Below, piece after piece: positions 1 to 13,938 of a stretch of DNA of 64,000 bases. The notes under the pieces were generated by a model that was given only the letters and a program-made list of their open reading frames with translations, searched no databases and was not told the DNA's origin. Origin of the DNA: Octopus sinensis (lineage: Eukaryota); assembly GCF_006345805.1 (NCBI RefSeq), contig NC_043009.1, positions 32,240,001 to 32,304,000 on the forward strand. Reading direction: 5' to 3'. Each line of letters starts with the position of its first letter. The stretch's first letter is position 1. The translations under genes were made by a program, and so were the position numbers.

Positions 1-129
1 ATATTTGAAAGGGATTATTATTTGAGGTGATATATAAATAGTGTTAAAAGCAAACGAATGTGAAAACAGACTCAAAACATGCCAAAATAAAAATGGTACT
101 TTCCTGTCACTATATACATACCTACATGT

Positions 130-273
130 ATATCTATCTATATCTGATATATATATATATATATATATACATGTATATATACATACATATATATACATAA
201 TATATATTACATATATATATATATATACATATATATATATGTGTATATATATATATATGTAATATATATATAT

Positions 274-319
<46 letters not shown>

Positions 320-523
320 AATATGATTTCATGTATATATTATGTAATTACATACGTGTCTGCGTCGATTTATACATACATATTCAGGCTAACACTCAGG
401 TTAACACCCACAAGTTACTTTGTAAATGGACATTTTTATGCATGGCAAAAAAGAGAAAGAGGGGAACAGTGAGAGTGAGAGGCGGGAATAGATAGATAGA
501 TTTATTGAGAGAGAGAAATAATA

Positions 524-602
<79 letters not shown>
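130..602. repeat. (TA)n microsatellite tracts
   Basis: Long TA runs at ~130-320 and ~520-602; source of the IYIY ORFs. Confidence 0.95.
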
Positions 603-607
<5 letters not shown>

Positions 608-1132
608 CGGTGGCGTTGCAAGCTATTTGGTCTTCTGATAGATTACTTATATTCATGTATATGATGTGCACACACACACACACACATACACACACATATA
701 TACATATAGGCGTGTGTATGTGCATACAAGTAGAAAGAGAGGGAGGAAAAGAGGAAAGGAGAGAAGTAAAGAGTGAGAGTGAATGCGTGTTTGAAGTCTA
801 AAAATGTAGCCATTTTCCTGAAGATATTTGTATGTCTGGATATACAAATGAACTATAGCACACCCAGTGCACACACGCACACAAGTACATATGCATATGT
901 GATTATATATATATAATATTAATATATGTGTGTGTGTATGTGTGTGTGTGTGTGTTTGTGTATGTATGTACATATATATGCCGGTATATGGATATCTATC
1001 TGTATTTTTCCGTATATATGTTTATATTTATGCGTACGTGTGTATTTGTATGTATGTATGTATGTGTGTGTGAGAGTGTATGTGTGAGCATGTGTGTGTG
1101 TGTCTGAGAACGAGAAAGAGATAGTGAGATAA

Positions 1133-1164
<32 letters not shown>

Positions 1165-1818
1165 CAAAAAAGCGTGGTTGAGAAGTGTAGAAGTAGCGAA
1201 GACGCAAGCAAGCAAGCAAATGACAGAAGCACCTCCGATGGAGACAGTGTCTGGTGGAGACTTACGCTGTTGTTATAAACTACACAACAGACATTGCTAA
1301 ACTGTAAACTTGTTAAGATAGCAATTTAATAGGAAATTATAGGGTTCTGCAGCCTTAGTAAATAGGTGTGGCAGCAGAATTGCAACTAATTCTTGTTGAT
1401 GAATCTCCAAAAGTTCGGAAAAAATAGGAGAAATGAGATACGAAAGAATAAAACAACAAAAGCAAAAAAAAAAAAGGAAAAAGAAAAAACGGTAAGTCGC
1501 AAATAAACGAACAAAAAAAACGAAAAGAAAAGAAATGAGTTTGTGTCAGTGAAGTGAGTGTGCAAAAATGGTATGCAATTATCCAGATGGGAATGATCAT
1601 GGCATTGTGAAATAATGGGAGAATATGGCAAAAATAAATGAGAAAAGATTGCAAGTTATTTGTGTCTTAGCATTGTTTGAGGAAGAAAATGATAACTAGC
1701 AATACATGTTTATTGTTTGCGCAGAAGGATGCACCATTATCTGAGTGAGCATTGCATAAAATTATAAGTATATGCGCACGCAAATATACACTTACTCTCA
1801 CATTCATATACCCATATG

Positions 1819-1850
<32 letters not shown>

Positions 1851-1871
1851 GTATGTATCTATGTATGTATG

Positions 1872-1919
<48 letters not shown>

Positions 1920-2090
1920 TATATAATTATATATATATATACATATGTACACATGCATACATGCATGTAGTATACTCAATGCAGAATTGTGTATAAATAT
2001 TTACCACAGGGCTCTCTGCTACAAATCAAGTGTATCACGCAGAGTATCTATGTCAGTGTTCCAAAAATACACAGATATGGACATACATAT

Positions 2091-2156
<66 letters not shown>

Positions 2157-2701
2157 AGCTGTATATGTGTGTATATATGTAGATATATTCATATGTTATA
2201 TATGTATTTATGTTTTATTTTATGTATCTATTCTCATGTATATAGTTGTATGTCTAGACATGCGCACATATATTCATGTATGTATGAATATATGTATGTA
2301 TAGATGTATAGATATGTCTATGTGTGTTTTAATGTATATGCTTGAGTGTATGCATATATTTGTATTAACAGCCTATGATTTATATTTGCATTGATTCATA
2401 GACGCAATATTTGTGACTTATCGTTCGACAATGGCACCTAAATAATTTTGAACACCTTTCATTGATGTCTGTATTCAGTTCTTATTAGCGTATTCACATC
2501 TCATTGTGGAGCCCTATGTGGTCGATTGTCATGGCCACCGTAAACGGGAGGCAATATTTGTGGAGAAAAGACAACAGTATATGATGGCCCCACAACTAAT
2601 AACATAACCGAGATCCACCTAGCAATATTAACGTAACCATCGCCACAAAAATTGTTTTTACATTCCATCAAGTAATCGTTTTCTATCCATGAATGGAAGA
2701 G

Positions 2702-2962
2702 TGGCGCATAACTTGGTGGTTATTTTTGTGTTAGAATCATGAACGTAAGACTGTAGTTTCGATTCCTGATCCGGGCGATGCGCTGCGTTCTTGAGCAAAA
2801 CACTTTGTTTCACGTTGTTCCAGTTCAGTCAGCAGACAAAAATGAGCAATATTGCGACGGACCCGAGTTCTGTTCACGGGAGAAAATATATGTGCCATGG
2901 AAACCGGGAAACTGGTCCTATGAGGTTGTATGATGACTCACGAAGAGTCTTGATCCTTATTT
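2702..2962 (+). mobile_element. Degenerate tRNA-derived SINE (family with TTGAGCAARACACTTT central motif)
   Basis: tRNA-like head with B-box-like GTTTCGATTCC, then ttcttgagcaaaacactttgtttcacgttgttccagt, which is shared with the copy at 4192. Confidence 0.7.
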
Positions 2963-3622
2963 TATCGGGCGCAAAAATACACAGCAACAGATAAACAACA
3001 AGCAAGATGTCGTCTGTTCCCAAAGTTATCGTGAAATTTACGCTATACGCCCAGTAAACAGCAAACTTTCAAATACAGAGCAATGCAGAATTCTGCTTCG
3101 GTAATGCCAGAGATATTTTGAGTAAATAGACACTGGCAACGGAATTCAGAAATGCATGAGATTTACAGAGAACACGTTTCCAATCAGACACAGAAAGTTA
3201 ATGCATACACACATACATTCGGGCCTACATCGAAATAGCATTTAATTTCATGTTGTTTTTAATCATAACGTAAACCATTTCTTATAGTCAATGATGAATT
3301 TTACAGTGTGTATGAGTGTGTGTGTGTGCGTGCGTGAGTGTGTGCATGAGTGTCTGTCTCTGTATGTGTGTGTGTGTGCGTGTGTGTGTGTTTGTAAACG
3401 AGAGAACAAAATTTGCTTAGGAGGTGCACACTTGGGTCCAGGATGTTCAAAGCGTTTCTATTGCCACACAAAATTTTAAGGGTACGCTTGCAGCCTTATA
3501 CCCGTTATTCCCGAACCTCTCTGTGTGTGTGTATGTGTGTGTGTGTGTGTATCTGTATACGTGCTTCAGTGCCCGTGTGTGTGCGTATATAGGAAGACTA
3601 AATGTGAATAAAAACGGTAACG

Positions 3623-3654
<32 letters not shown>

Positions 3655-4191
3655 AGAATCTCAGCATTTGCAAAAATGCTTATCCTTTCTTAATTTGCCA
3701 TTGCACTTTACCTAAAAAAATTCAAAATAGTTGAGCAATACAATTCACAGTGACTATATCAATAAATGAAATTGATTGCCAAATAAAAGAATGGAACTTC
3801 GTGCCTAACACAACTGCGTGTCAACACTATTACGAAACATAATGTTCTGACATTCTTTTAAAATCTGCAAGATGTAAGCGTATCGAACTTTTCCTCTCTT
3901 CAAAGAACATGTGCCATTTCAACGCTGTCGTTTTGAATCTCTATTAAACTTTCATAGATTTTCTCAAAGTCAACTTTTCTCCATAGAAAAGTTTTCTTGT
4001 ATTGCAAAAGAGCTTTTGAACTAATATTCTGATTTTCACGATTCTATTTTTGAAATTTTCTCCATTTCTCGAAAGGAAATCTAATTTTAGCCCGAAACAA
4101 GATTAATGAATTCTCCCTTAGTCAAAATATCGTTACATATTCAAAGGAGTGAATGGCATTTGTGGAGAGGATTTTTATATTTGACTGTGAT

Positions 4192-4500
4192 GGCGCGTGG
4201 TGTATTGGTTGGGAGATTTGGCTTACGATCATAAGGTCGTAATTTCAATTTCCAGTGGTATGTCTTTGAGTGTGTGTCTTTGAGCAAGACACTTTATTTC
4301 ACGTTCCTCCAGTCCATTGAATGGAATAGTATTTCAAAGAGCCAGTCTTGTCACACTGTATTGCTCTGAATATCACCAAGAGCTAAGTTATGGGTAGGCG
4401 GGAAGTGTTCAGCCACTTGTACGTTAATTTCACGAGAAGGCCTTCCCGTTAATTGGATCAACTAGAACGCTCGTCGTCGTAAATGATGGAGTACCAGTTT
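4192..4500 (+). mobile_element. Degenerate tRNA-derived SINE, same central motif, different 3' tail
   Basis: ggcgcgtggtgtattggtt head; tctttgagcaagacactttatttcacgttcctccagtcca matches the 2702 copy. Confidence 0.7.
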
Positions 4501-5884
4501 TATTACACTTCAGGATCGACTAAAAGATGAAATCTTTCACGGCAAAAATCTGAAATCGAAAGTAGAATAGTCAAAAGGAACACTACATGGCATTTACTCA
4601 AGTATTTCTTTTTACTTTTTGCTTCTAAATATCTTAAATATAATAAAACCACGAAACCAAGAACCTCCGAGAGAGCTTTCGAGTTGCTAGAAATAACCAC
4701 ACCACTCTGTCTCATCAAAGAAGTAAAGGAAGCAGATAGGATAACAGTCCTAGATATGGTGTCTGAAATAATGATGGCATAGTTGCGACATGAATGTCTT
4801 TGATCGTAGTTGCACATAAAAAACTGACCTGGGGCTGAACAACTTCAGTATCAACATCATAGAATATCGCGTTAACAAAGAAACCATAACGCCGTTTCTC
4901 GACTTGCTTGAGGTATAAGTCAATTCTCGCTAAAACCCTGCGCTGCGGTGTTTCTTGAAGGACATACACTTTTGATAATTGCATTCCTGGAAACGGTGAA
5001 AAGGAAACGATGGAGGTGGGGATCATAGTCGAAAGTGTTTGGGATCATAGATCTACTTGATCAAGATTTATCTGGGGGGCTAAACAACAGTCACGTGACA
5101 AAATAACAAATGCTTATAAGCCACGACCTTTCGAAAAGCGTTAGTTTATTTATATCTATGGTAATATGTCACAATTATAATTTAGTGAGTTGACTTATAC
5201 CCATTACCTAAGAATACCCTTGTAATTAGTAGACGAAAAGAAACCTGCATGGAAGATATCTGTAATGAAATACCTTAAATGAACGTTTTAGAAACTATAG
5301 AAAGTGCAGCGACGGTCGTGGATCAAATAGTTTCGATTTAATGGATTACTGTAATGAGTGGTTTCGTATTCTGAAGCTCAAAGAGGACTCACAAATAGAA
5401 AAGTTGACCAAAGTTTGATCTTAAGTTTGGCAGTTTGTAAGTTTGTCTACAAGATAAACACAGAAAATAACGAGTAGAAGAACTGATAAAGAAGACACAA
5501 TTTATGTCAGCATTCCTCCATTAGACTTTCAGTACACATACTTATTTCAACTCGCATGAATGTATGTCTCTTTCAGATGACAGCAATGTCACACATAAGC
5601 CGTTGTGGTTTCTCTGCTAGTTAATCGAATGGTCAAACCAACATTTGTCACTTTAACTCACCTGTCAGTTTCTTTCTTCTGTTCCCTTACACCTTTCCTT
5701 TTCTCTATTTCTCTCTCAATCTCTTAATTTCTTTATCACCTTCTAGCTTATTTTCCAGCATTATCTATCTTTTCCACCACACTCCATACAAACACACACA
5801 CATACACACACACACACACACATAAATATATATATGTATATGTTTATATGGAGTGAAAGAGAAAAGAGACACACACACACACAT

Positions 5885-5918
5885 ATAGATAGATAGATAG
5901 ATAGATAGATAGACAGAC

Positions 5919-6000
<82 letters not shown>

Positions 6001-6003
6001 TAG
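5885..6003. repeat. (GATA)n microsatellite
   Basis: Direct reading of the sequence. Confidence 0.95.
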
Positions 6004-6649
6004 ATATGCATATAGATATATAGATATAAAGTATATATATATATATATAATAATTATATATATATATATACATTTGGTAAAGTAGATAGCACCGTGTGTC
6101 CTACCTTTAAATGAATTCATGTTTGACAAAATTCCGCATTGTAAAATTCCTATAACAGTAAATGATACGAGGGCAAATATTATTGATAGCAGAGTAAACT
6201 CTAATCTGAAATACTATATTTGTTTGAAAACTAAGTCTCTCATATATGTATTCATGTCATATTGAAAACTTAAGAACCAGAAAAGTATCAACTAAATGTA
6301 ATTTGATTAATCTTGCCGTTAATAAAATATGATAAATTTTGGCCAGCCAACAAATATGCATATTTCCTCTATCCTTGGTAGCATGTTGCCCAAGAGAACG
6401 GCGATACAGTTTCGTACGATCGTTCTTACAAACGCTATCGTCAGATATCCTAGGGCTGAGAACAGTGCAACGTAAAATGTTTTGTATTCTAATAAACTTA
6501 CTAATATACTTGTCAGTCGAATGGTATTTTATTTCTCGGCTCCGAAAGGATAAACCAGAAACTTAACGTGTGATATGAACTCAGCGAAAGCAACCACACA
6601 GATATACTGCAAAACGCGTGCAGTAAAACTGCTCACACACATTTACGCA

Positions 6650-6686
<37 letters not shown>

Positions 6687-7325
6687 TCACTCACACACAC
6701 ACATACACACACATATATTTATTACAAAGAGACAATGTGCAAGCAAAAGGTATACTGCTATCTGTGAGTATATAATTTATAATTCAAGCGTAATTGCAGA
6801 GTTGTTAAAGTAAATAATAGATTAAGAAATACTGCACAAATTATCTTACAGCTGTTTCTAGTATAGTTGTGTATATGGTGTAAAAGTCGTCTTATATGAG
6901 GTATAAGCCAACTCTACCGTCTTCAGAGAGGAAGAATGAAGGAACATCTTTAATAAAAGATATTCGTAGTTACCAGTAACAAGGTTTAAGAATTAAAGAA
7001 TACCATACATACACGCATACGTAAACAGACATGCACGTTCGTATGCATTTACACAGGGACATTGCAATACGATAAATTGAGTTACTTTCGAATTTTGATA
7101 GACATTTGCTAACATCATGAACATCCCATACACCATATACTCACGCATTCGCGTAAATCTCCAAATATAGAATCTTGTGTGCGTGTGTGTTTTGTATGAT
7201 GTGTATGTGTGCATGTGCGTTTTGTGTGTGTATGAGTGCGTCTCTCTATGCGTTTTTATATGTATGTCTATATGTATGTAGATATACTCTTAATGATGCT
7301 CACACATTATACATAAATATATATA

Positions 7326-7882
7326 TAGGCGCAGGAGCGGCTGTGTGGAAAGTAGTCGCAGGAGTGACTGTGTGGCAAGTAGGCGCAAGAGTGGCTGTGT
7401 GGCAAGTAGACACAGGAGTGGCTGTGTGGCAATAGGCGCAGGAGTTGATGTGTGGTATGTAGGCACAGGAGTGGCAGTGTGACAAGTAGTCGCAGAAGTG
7501 GCTATGTGGTAAGTATTTTACTTACCAGCCACATGGTTCCGGGTTCAGTCCCACAGCGTGGCATCTTGGGCAAATGTCGGCCTCAGGCCGACCAAAGCCT
7601 TGTGAGTGGATTTGGTAGACAGAAACTAAAAGAAGCCTGTTGTATATATGTATATGTATGTGTGTGTATATGTTTGTGTGTCTGTGTTTGTCGCCCCAAC
7701 ATCGCTTGACAACCGATGGTGGTGTGTTTACGTCCCCGTAACTTAGCGGTTCGGCAAAAGAGACCGATAGAATAAGTACTAGGCTTACGAAGAATAAGTC
7801 CTGGGGTCGATTTGCTCGACTAAATGGAGTGCTCCAGCATGTCCGTTGTCAAATGACTGAAACAATTAAAAAGAAAAAAGAG
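7326..7882 (+). mobile_element. tRNA-derived SINE family A with a 7x reiterated 5' head
   Basis: Body matches 25411-25818 (ttccgggttcagtccc B-box region, gaccaaagccttgtgagtggatttggtagac, internal TA/TG tract, gagaccgatagaataagtact...ggggtcgatttg...ccagcatg, AAAGAG tail). Seven 26-27 bp head units at 7326-7513. Confidence 0.9.
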
Positions 7883-8067
7883 ATATACCTACAGTTGCAT
7901 AAATACGCTACATATGTGTATATGTATATCTTTATATGTACACACACATACACGTATATATATATTTATATATATATATATATATTATATATATATATAT
8001 ATACATAATTATTTATATATGCGTATACACAGACACACATGTGCATATACGCGTATCCATGAAAACA

Positions 8068-8118
<51 letters not shown>

Positions 8119-8600
8119 GACACATGTGTGTGTGGAGAGAGACAGATCTGTTTCGTCGTCTGCACTACTGTGTACATGGAAACACTTTGCTAATAGGATA
8201 TTGTTTAAAACAAATGATATTATAATGATATCAATTTATACCTACAATGCTATATTTGGAAAGACTAATCACCATTTTATATTTACTATTTATTTTGCCT
8301 TGTTTCTTCACATATTTTCTCTTGGTTTTCTCACCAAAATCGCTCTAACAAGACGTACTAAAAGACATATGTTATTATATTGTCCAAACATTAATGCTGC
8401 AAACAATGACGGCTCAAAATACCATTTTCCTTGTATTTTTAGCCACCACAACTAGCGTCAACTGTTAGAGCGCAACTAGATGTTTCAATCATCTCTCTTC
8501 AGAAAATAGATCTTTGACCGAACTCGTTCAAACAAACTGTCAAGTAATGTCTTTACACCCTTGTGTTGTCAGTGCCTGGATCGATCCCTGGTAACTTCTT

Positions 8601-8835
8601 GGAGGAACGGCAGAAACGTTAGCACGCTGGGCGAAATGCGTAGCCGTATTTCATCTGCCGTTACGTTCTGAGTTCAAATTCCGCCGAGGTCGACTTTGCC
8701 TTTCATCCTTTCGGGGTCGATAAATTAAGTACCAATTACGCACTGGGGTCGATGTAATCTACTTAATCCGTGTGTCTGTCCTTGTTTGTCCTCTCTGTGT
8801 TTAGCCCCTTGTGGGTTGTAAAGAAATAAAAATAG
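8601..8835 (+). mobile_element. tRNA-derived SINE family B
   Basis: cagaaacgttagcac...ttctgagttcaaattccgccgaggtcgactttgcctttcatcc...gccccttgtggg..gtaaagaaata; near-identical to 56393-56623. Confidence 0.92.
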
Positions 8836-9509
8836 AATTTGTGTGGGAGAGTATAACGGCGATTTTCTTGTTGCCACCTTCCGGGTGTCTTCCTTCTGTT
8901 TTGTAACACATCCTCTGTGCAAATTATGAGAAAATGAGTAAAAGAAAAGAAAGAATATCCTTCCTACTGTGCCGCCGTTATTTTACTTGTTATCGACTCG
9001 AAAGTACGAACGAGATGTTTGGACTCGGCGAATCTTGAAGAATTACCAAGTGACATTCTGTCGGATACTCTAACGATTCTGACAACAAAGCCAGAAGAAA
9101 TTAGTTTTCTGTATTTTACATATTCCATGATTTGAAGTTTGAAGAATAAACGAATTATCTTAATATTCTAAAAAAAAGAAACGTCTTTTATGAAAATATA
9201 ACCTGGTCATAAGAGTTATCTAAATTCTGAAAGCTGACTCACTTCTTCTTCAATGTGTTTGGGTTCGAAACATACTATTTAAACAGGGAAATAAATACAT
9301 ACTCACCATGCAGTCCGAGTTTAAACGAATAAAATTATATTGGACCTTTAACGAGTTCTCAAGGCATGATGAGATGGGAACTTGGTAGATGTTGTTAACC
9401 ATGGATTTTAGTGCCAGAGAATCCAAATCTCAAGTGTTCGATGATCGCATGGATCAAAAATATTTCCATTCTACAATATTCTTTCAAAGGTTCATAGAGG
9501 GATCGAAGA

Positions 9510-9998
9510 TCACCTCCTCCACCACCATTGTCGATGTCGTCGTCGTCGTCGTCGTCATCATCATCATCATCACCACCTTCGACATGATCATCATCATCAT
9601 AACTATCATCAACGTCGTCATCATATTTACCATCGTCGTTACCATCATCATCCCCATTATATCCTCATTATCCTCGTGATAATCATCGTCATCAACGTAA
9701 ACGTCATCTTCATCGTCATAGTCAACTTCCCTGTCGTCGTCACCATGAAACAGTGACCAACATTTTACGTTCACTTTTTCTACTCTTGGTTGGAGTTATC
9801 ATTGTCTGAGGACTTTTATATTCGGAGTTGCTACCCTTCTTGACGGTTCGAGTGGCACGGTTCACTTGTAACATTTTTCACTATGGTCCTTTTGGCTCGA
9901 CAGCTGAAGAACTGTTGATATAGGAACTATTTTATGGGAAAACTTCTTTATTTCAGGAAAAGAACGTTATTTGTTGTTGTTGTTGTTGTTGTTGTTGT

Positions 9999-10038
<40 letters not shown>

Positions 10039-10132
10039 AATGATGATGATGATGATGACGATGATGTAGTTGTTGTTAATGATGATGATGATGATGAGGA
10101 GGAGGATGTAGCTGTTGGTGATGATAATGATA

Positions 10133-10188
<56 letters not shown>
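9510..10188. repeat. Compound trinucleotide tracts (CGT/CAT at 9510-9735; GTT/GAT at 9968-10188)
   Basis: Direct reading; these generate the poly-D/V/S/I ORFs. Confidence 0.9.
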
Positions 10189-10189
<1 letters not shown>

Positions 10190-11199
10190 TTGCGTCCAGA
10201 TTGGACCATTCTGTCTTTTCATCCAAACATAACATCCCTAGACCTGTATCATCCAATGTTTTCTTCTGCGATATACATCGCTTGGGTAAGATTGATTGGA
10301 TAAAGATCTTGCTGCCAATTCCAGCAAATCAAATCTCAGTGGGTAGAGTTCTAGGAGGTAGAGTTCTGGCATCATCTAAACCACCATGAAGTTTGAAATA
10401 AAGTAAATATATCTATCAAAGAACCTTCTAGAATAATAGTAAGAAGAAGGGACATAAGAGAGACATGGCTCCGAATTCTAGCAGAAAGTTAACCAAACAA
10501 TTAGAAGCAACCCAAAGAAGTGGAACATTCAGGAATATTAGAGAGGAATGGGGTAAGAGAGTTTTGGTTGCTATTTCTAGCAACAGCTTATGCTATCATA
10601 TCGCTACGACACAGACAGGAGAAACCTCTTGAACATTAGAAGGTAATGAGCGATTTGAGAAAGATTTGGCTACTACACCTAGCAACAGCTTAAGTTATTA
10701 CATAAGGACAGTAGACAAAGGTGAACGTTCTAGCGAATTAGAGAACAAGGAGGATTTGAGAATAAAACGATATACTACGAGATTATTGTATGCAAAATAT
10801 TCGGCCACACACACACATACACACATACACACACACACATACACACAAACACACACACAGGTCTAAAACGTCCTTATGCATATTAAATAAGATCTAAGTG
10901 GATTTAACTGGAAATAAAAATTGATTTTTATCAAAATCCGGATGTTACTATTTTCGTTTTTCCTGTATTTAAAGTTTAATCGTTTCCACCTTAAATCTTC
11001 AGTACCAGCAATAAAGAACATTAACAAAATATGAATAACTTTATATTTAACTGAATGAAAAGTTCTGTTAATATTCTATGTTAATTTTGCAATCAACAAG
11101 GAAGTTATTTTAATACCAAATAACAAATGCAAATTAATTCCATTCTAGAGCGATAGAGACTTCTTCCAAATGTGAAGCATGTTGCTGAATAATTTCGAC

Positions 11200-11445
11200 G
11201 TGATTTAACACATATACGCACATGCATACATATGCACATACACATACAAGCATGCAAATACACACACGCATGCACACATGTAGACGCACATGCAGGTACG
11301 TACATATGTATCTTCATATACATCTATGTGTGTGTGAGCTTGTACACATGTTAGATAGTGTATGTGCGTATACACATGCATACGGACTCGCACAGACATG
11401 CATTCATCTGCATATACATACGTATAAGTTTGTGTACATATGCAC

Positions 11446-11499
<54 letters not shown>

Positions 11500-11544
11500 T
11501 TTTCGAAAACACCAACGCAAATAACTTCATTTGCATATGTGTGC

Positions 11545-11588
<44 letters not shown>

Positions 11589-12146
11589 TATATACAGATA
11601 TACATGAATATATAAATATCTATGCGTATATATACATGTATATGCAAGTGTAAATATGACTGTACATATTAATATATATATATGCATATGTATGTACGTA
11701 CATACATACATACACATGCATACATACATACATACATACATACATAAATGCATGCATACATTCCTACATACATGCATATAGAGACATACATACACACATA
11801 CATTTATACATACATACATACATACACACATACATACTTGCAGATATATATTTAGTAGAGAAGGAAACAATACAAAGATGCTGAAGTGAAAATGGTGAAA
11901 TATTAATATTTTATTAAACTCACTCATACGCACATACATATATGTATAAACACGCACACATACAAAGAGTTCTGCTTATATACACATTAGAATGATATAC
12001 ACATCACAATAATTTTCCTTGCTTTCAACATATATTTGTGTAATATACCATAGATATATTTAAATATATTTATGTATATTTCATAAATGCATTTATTTGT
12101 ATTCATGTATATGTTTGTGGGTATGTATGTATGTATATATACATAT

Positions 12147-12180
<34 letters not shown>

Positions 12181-12409
12181 CACGTATGTATACATATATA
12201 TGTGTATATATATATATATACACACACACACATACACATATATATATATATATACACAGCCATACATATGCATGCATATATAAATAGGTATATGTATATA
12301 AACAAGAATATGCATGTATAAATATGTTTCTACGCATTATATATATATATGCATACATAAATACATATCTATCTCTTTCTACCTATCTCTCTCTCTCTCT
12401 CTCTCTCTC

Positions 12410-12440
<31 letters not shown>

Positions 12441-12453
12441 TATATATATATAT

Positions 12454-12548
<95 letters not shown>

Positions 12549-12620
12549 GCTATGATATAATATATACGTATATTTCCTAAAATATATATTAATATACAAG
12601 AAAGATATTTCATAAATATA
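11200..12620. repeat. TA/CA/TACA low-complexity region
   Basis: Direct reading. Confidence 0.9.
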
Positions 12621-12834
12621 CATATGTATTTATAGATATTTCACCCTGTGATTTTAAATATCAGGAGACAGTGAAATCATTGACTTTTCTCAAAATATCA
12701 GGTCATTATAATAACACTTGCAGTTGATATTTACAGATATGAATACAAATCTGAAGATGGCCCGCATATTCGATTGCCTTCAAAAGAAATTCTTTTGGAA
12801 ATAAAAACAATAATATGGATCATATATTTTCTTC

Positions 12835-12995
12835 CACTTATTTCAGTCACTGGACTCCGACCATGCTGGGGCACTGCCTAGAAATATTTAGTGGGAAATA
12901 TATTCTATCGTATGTTTTGCCTGACCCTTATGTAACAGGGACGTAAATAACCCAATAAAGATTGTCAAGCGGTGATGTGGGACAAGCACAAGCAC
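12835..12995 (-). mobile_element. Degenerate 3' half of SINE family A
   Basis: atttcagtcactggactccgaccatgctggggcactgcc...ttgtcaagcggtgatgtgggacaagcac is the reverse complement of the family A tail. Confidence 0.6.
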
Positions 12996-13396
12996 ACAGA
13001 CGCACATACATACACACACGTACACACACGCCCACACATACACGCATATGCATACACACATATTACATGTTGAAAATGCTTAGATCTCAGCATAAGAGTA
13101 AAGAAAAATAATAATGCAGTGTAAATTAACACCTTTACTAAAATATACATAAATCATTTACTATTAACCTCACATTTTTTAATCCTGTAACTAGAGTGTT
13201 GAATATATAAAAATTTATGATTATAGCATGAGTGTGTTAAGAAGAAAAAATATTTGATAACTTTATGTCTTTTCCCTTTTCGGTGAGATGACTACACCGA
13301 AACGTATAAAGACTATATATGTATATATATATATATATAATATAAATAATCGAAATTCTCTTCCTCCTTCTTTCCTACTATATATATATACAACTA

Positions 13397-13469
<73 letters not shown>

Positions 13470-13571
13470 ATATATATATCTATATATATATATATAATAT
13501 ATTATATATATATATGTGCATATATATATATATATATATGTATGTATGCATATATAAATGTATGTACGTAT

Positions 13572-13614
<43 letters not shown>

Positions 13615-13884
13615 GTAGGTATACACACTCACATAAATATGTAAACACACACGCACATAAAAATGTATCATATACGTATGTATTTACGTATGTATTAAGC
13701 TGTAACTATTATCAGCAGGTGTCGAAAGAATAACTATGAAATTTCATTACCGTCCAACGTAAATAAATGTATTGATACGATACGAAACAAAGTTTTAATC
13801 AATCGCCATTTGAAAGTTTGAATAATAATATTAATAATAATAATAACAATAATAATAATAATAATAATTATAATAATAATAATG

Positions 13885-13920
<36 letters not shown>

Positions 13921-13938
13921 TAACAGTAATAATAATAA

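Noticed and set aside
41-2394. IYIY/CVCV/HTHT ORFs, also at 11.2-13.7, 49.6-54.8 and 58.7-63 kb
   Set aside because: Translations of TA/CA microsatellites that lack stops by composition.
3085-3096. Palindrome GCAGAATTCTGC within a loose 85-nt hairpin
   Set aside because: The stem is too bulged for a pre-miRNA call and is expected by chance.
7326-7513. CRISPR-like 27-bp repeats
   Set aside because: No spacers, eukaryotic context, and the units are SINE heads.
5566-9310. Isolated splice-like motifs (tctctttcag at ~5570; minus-strand GTGAGT at ~5660, ~9240 and ~9303)
   Set aside because: No acceptor-ORF-donor set with a recognisable peptide; the frequency is compatible with chance.
9934-10389. 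151-aa acidic V/D-rich ORF
   Set aside because: The core is a GTT/GAT microsatellite and the flanks have no recognisable domain.
13267-13313. Hairpin TTTCGGTG/CACCGAAA followed by GAAACGTA, hammerhead-like
   Set aside because: The CUGANGA core is absent; at most a dead relic.
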